Below, in pieces: positions 61,987 through 64,000 of a stretch of 64,000 bases of DNA. How positions within the stretch are numbered: the stretch's first letter is position 1; each line of letters starts with the position of its first letter. Made by a program: the position numbers and the translations under genes. The DNA is taken from positions 25,989-89,988 of the IMG/VR virus record IMGVR_UViG_3300012933_000371, one strand, 5' to 3'. The notes under the pieces were generated by a model that ran no database searches, was not told the DNA's origin, and saw nothing but the letters and a program-made list of their open reading frames with translations. This DNA is from a virus. Its lineage: Duplodnaviria > Caudoviricetes.

Positions 61987-62997
61987 ATGCATAGCTTCGA
62001 TCAAAATATTAAACGCATTGGCTTTGCCTGTAAGATTCAAGAATCTGAAGGCAAGGCTGACCCTAAGCTGAATATCAAAGGTACTACAATCACTTGGCTT
62101 AATAGCCAAACCAAAGACAAAGCGGTTGCTAGACTCTGGGATTTGATGCGTACTAATATTCAAGCCTTGCATCAACAAGTTTTGTGGGTGGGCCGTCAAC
62201 GTCTAAACCAACGTATGTTTCGTATCTCTAGCGACGTTCTGACGGCCTATACACATGATGACTGGATGTGGTTCTACTTCCAGCCTGATGTTGTCCAGTA
62301 TCTTGAAACTCATTTACTACAAATCGGTAATGCTGCACGTAGCTTAGATGTTCGCTTGTCATTTCACCCAGGCCAGTTCTGTGTATTAGCTAGCGAAAAT
62401 CCTGATGTTGTCGAGCGTAGCATTATGGAGTTCGAGTACCACTGCGACCTTATTCGTTACATGGGCTACGGCAAAACATTCCAAGACTTTAAGTGCAACG
62501 TACACGTCGGCGGCAAGCTAGGCCCTAATGGTATCAAAGCCGCTATGCGTCGTTTGTCACCAGTTGCTCGTAATTGTTTGACCATCGAAAATGCCGAGTT
62601 TACATGGGGTCTCGATGCATCACTAGAATTAGTTGATACCTGTGCTTTAGTCTTAGACATTCATCACCACTGGATTAACTGCGGCGAGTACATTACTCCT
62701 GACGATGACCGTTTTAAGCGCGTTGTTGATTCATGGCGCGGTGTTCGTCCTGTAATTCACTACTCTGTGTCTCGTGAAGATGTGATAGTCGACCTTGACC
62801 CTAGTATCAAGCCTGACTTGCCATTGTTGCTAGACTGCAACTTTACTAAAGCTAAACTGCGCGCTCACAGTGACTACTACTGGAATCAAGCATCAAATGA
62901 CTGGGCCTTGACATTCTTAGATTATGCAGATATAATGTGTGAATCAAAAGAAAAAAATCTTGCCTCAACCGAACTTACTAACTACTACTTATCATGA
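61987..62997 (+). CDS. uvsE: UV damage endonuclease
   Basis: RIGFAC, MFRISSD, RLSFHPGQF.VLAS, LTIEN, LDIHHH, HYS, RAHSDY. Confidence 0.92.
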   Translation: MHSFDQNIKRIGFACKIQESEGKADPKLNIKGTTITWLNSQTKDKAVARLWDLMRTNIQALHQQVLWVGRQRLNQRMFRISSDVLTAYTHDDWMWFYFQPDVVQYLETHLLQIGNAARSLDVRLSFHPGQFCVLASENPDVVERSIMEFEYHCDLIRYMGYGKTFQDFKCNVHVGGKLGPNGIKAAMRRLSPVARNCLTIENAEFTWGLDASLELVDTCALVLDIHHHWINCGEYITPDDDRFKRVVDSWRGVRPVIHYSVSREDVIVDLDPSIKPDLPLLLDCNFTKAKLRAHSDYYWNQASNDWALTFLDYADIMCESKEKNLASTELTNYYLS

Positions 62998-63308
62998 ACT
63001 TAAGCATTGACTTCGACGACACTTATACACGAGACCCTGAGTTCTGGGATGCGTTTATTCGTCTAGCTCGTAGTCGTGGTCATCATGTTTACTGCGTTAC
63101 TGCACGTAGCGATGATTTTGCAGATGAAGTCACTGAAGTTTTAGAAACCATTGGTCAGTTAATTGGCTACACTAATTGTATCTTTACAGGCGGCAAAGCA
63201 AAAAGGCCGTTTTGTTTAGCAATGAACATTAACATCCAAGTATGGATTGATGATATGCCTGAGGCTATTCCACAAGGCATGAAACATTTGTTTCATGACC
63301 CAGACTAA
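62994..63308 (+). CDS. HAD-like hydrolase
   Basis: IDFDDT, VTAR, K and WIDD motifs. Confidence 0.7.
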   Translation: MNLSIDFDDTYTRDPEFWDAFIRLARSRGHHVYCVTARSDDFADEVTEVLETIGQLIGYTNCIFTGGKAKRPFCLAMNINIQVWIDDMPEAIPQGMKHLFHDPD

Positions 63309-63313
63309 TACAT

Positions 63314-63388
63314 ACGCTGTTCGTATAATGGATAATACAACTGACTTCTATCCAGTGAATGTGGGTTCGATTCCTGCACGGCGTACCA
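63314..63388 (+). tRNA. trnR: tRNA-Arg (anticodon UCU)
   Basis: Acceptor ACGCTGT/ACGGCGT, D arm GTAT/ATAC, loop CT-TCT-AT, GGTTCGATTCC T arm, encoded CCA. Confidence 0.9.
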
Positions 63389-63446
63389 AAATTTAAACTT
63401 GATATGATTGCCTGAATAAGCTATAATTATGGCTTATTTGGAGAAT

Positions 63447-63641
63447 TATATGGCTGGATATACAAAACAGTTTTTAATCGACGCGTTCATGTCTCGTTAT
63501 CTTCAGGCTTTGGCTATTGAGAAACTAGAGAATCTAGAAAAGATGGCTACAGACTTGTATGATCGTGTAGGCCGCGACAAGTTCAGAGACTATGCTGGAC
63601 TTTCAGCAGACGCTATCAGGGTCTATAAAAATAAGTGTTGA
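63447..63641 (+). CDS. Hypothetical protein
   Basis: GGAG SD before MAGY; promoter TTGATA-17-TATAAT. Confidence 0.6.
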   Translation, partial: YMAGYTKQFLIDAFMSRYLQALAIEKLENLEKMATDLYDRVGRDKFRDYAGLSADAIRVYKNKC

Positions 63642-63672
63642 CTCTTTTGCCCAACTTTGATATAATAATCAT

Positions 63673-64000
63673 TCTTTAAAAATAATAAGTCCCGCTAATG
63701 CTTATCGACGTCATTCCCTAGATGTTGATAGCACACTTCTAGCGAGGCGGGTGTAAGCCCCGTCATTAAAATGAACCCTCACCGCTGTAGAGAGTGTGTT
63801 CGGATATCTAAGATACAGTGAGGACTGTCGTCCAAGATCAGCAAGACTATGTGTTGACCCTTTAGGGAGGGTCTCCATATATTAGTATAATTGACGGTAT
63901 TTGCTACGCAATACATAAGCGCGGGGTTCTTATCGGTGGTTTTGACGGACTGCGAAAAGCCTAGCGTCAACTAGGTAATATTAATTGTACTAATATATGG
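63673..64000 (+). ncRNA. Candidate large structured ncRNA (probably continues beyond the window)
   Basis: Promoter TTGACT-17-TATAAT (63638-63666); no plausible + strand ORF; nested stems including CCATATATTAGTA/TACTAATATATGG. Confidence 0.6.

Noticed and set aside
1-64000. Prophage, host DNA or stop-codon recoding
   Set aside because: No integrase, repressor or host genes; long ORFs tile the window under the standard code, and the only tRNA is Arg, not a suppressor.

Overview
Segment of a lytic, T5-like tailed phage (siphovirus morphology, Gram-negative host). No integrase, rRNA or CRISPR array is visible. 1-43.1 kb is a leftward late module in T5 gene order: small and large terminase, HNH, portal, protease-capsid, neck, tail tube, G/GT chaperones with a -1 frameshift, a 2428-aa tape measure, baseplate and many fibre/adhesin genes, spanins and a GH19 endolysin. 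It is driven by near-consensus sigma70 promoters. About 43.2-52.6 kb looks like the pre-early (terminal repeat / first-step-transfer) region. It has four paralogues resembling T5 A2, a HAD phosphatase, a DEDDh exonuclease and many miniproteins, including one ending in an SSB-like DDVPF tail. Its intergenic DNA is unusually rich: four repeated antisense perfect-promoter cassettes, three OxyR-like boxes, a Fur box, three sigma54 boxes, and a ~690-nt structured non-coding RNA containing a complete hammerhead ribozyme. 52.7-64 kb holds early genes (ThyX, SleB-like hydrolase, dNTP diphosphohydrolase, UvsE, HAD), tRNA-Arg(UCU) and two further structured ncRNA candidates. All protein family calls come from motif recognition by eye, not from database searches.
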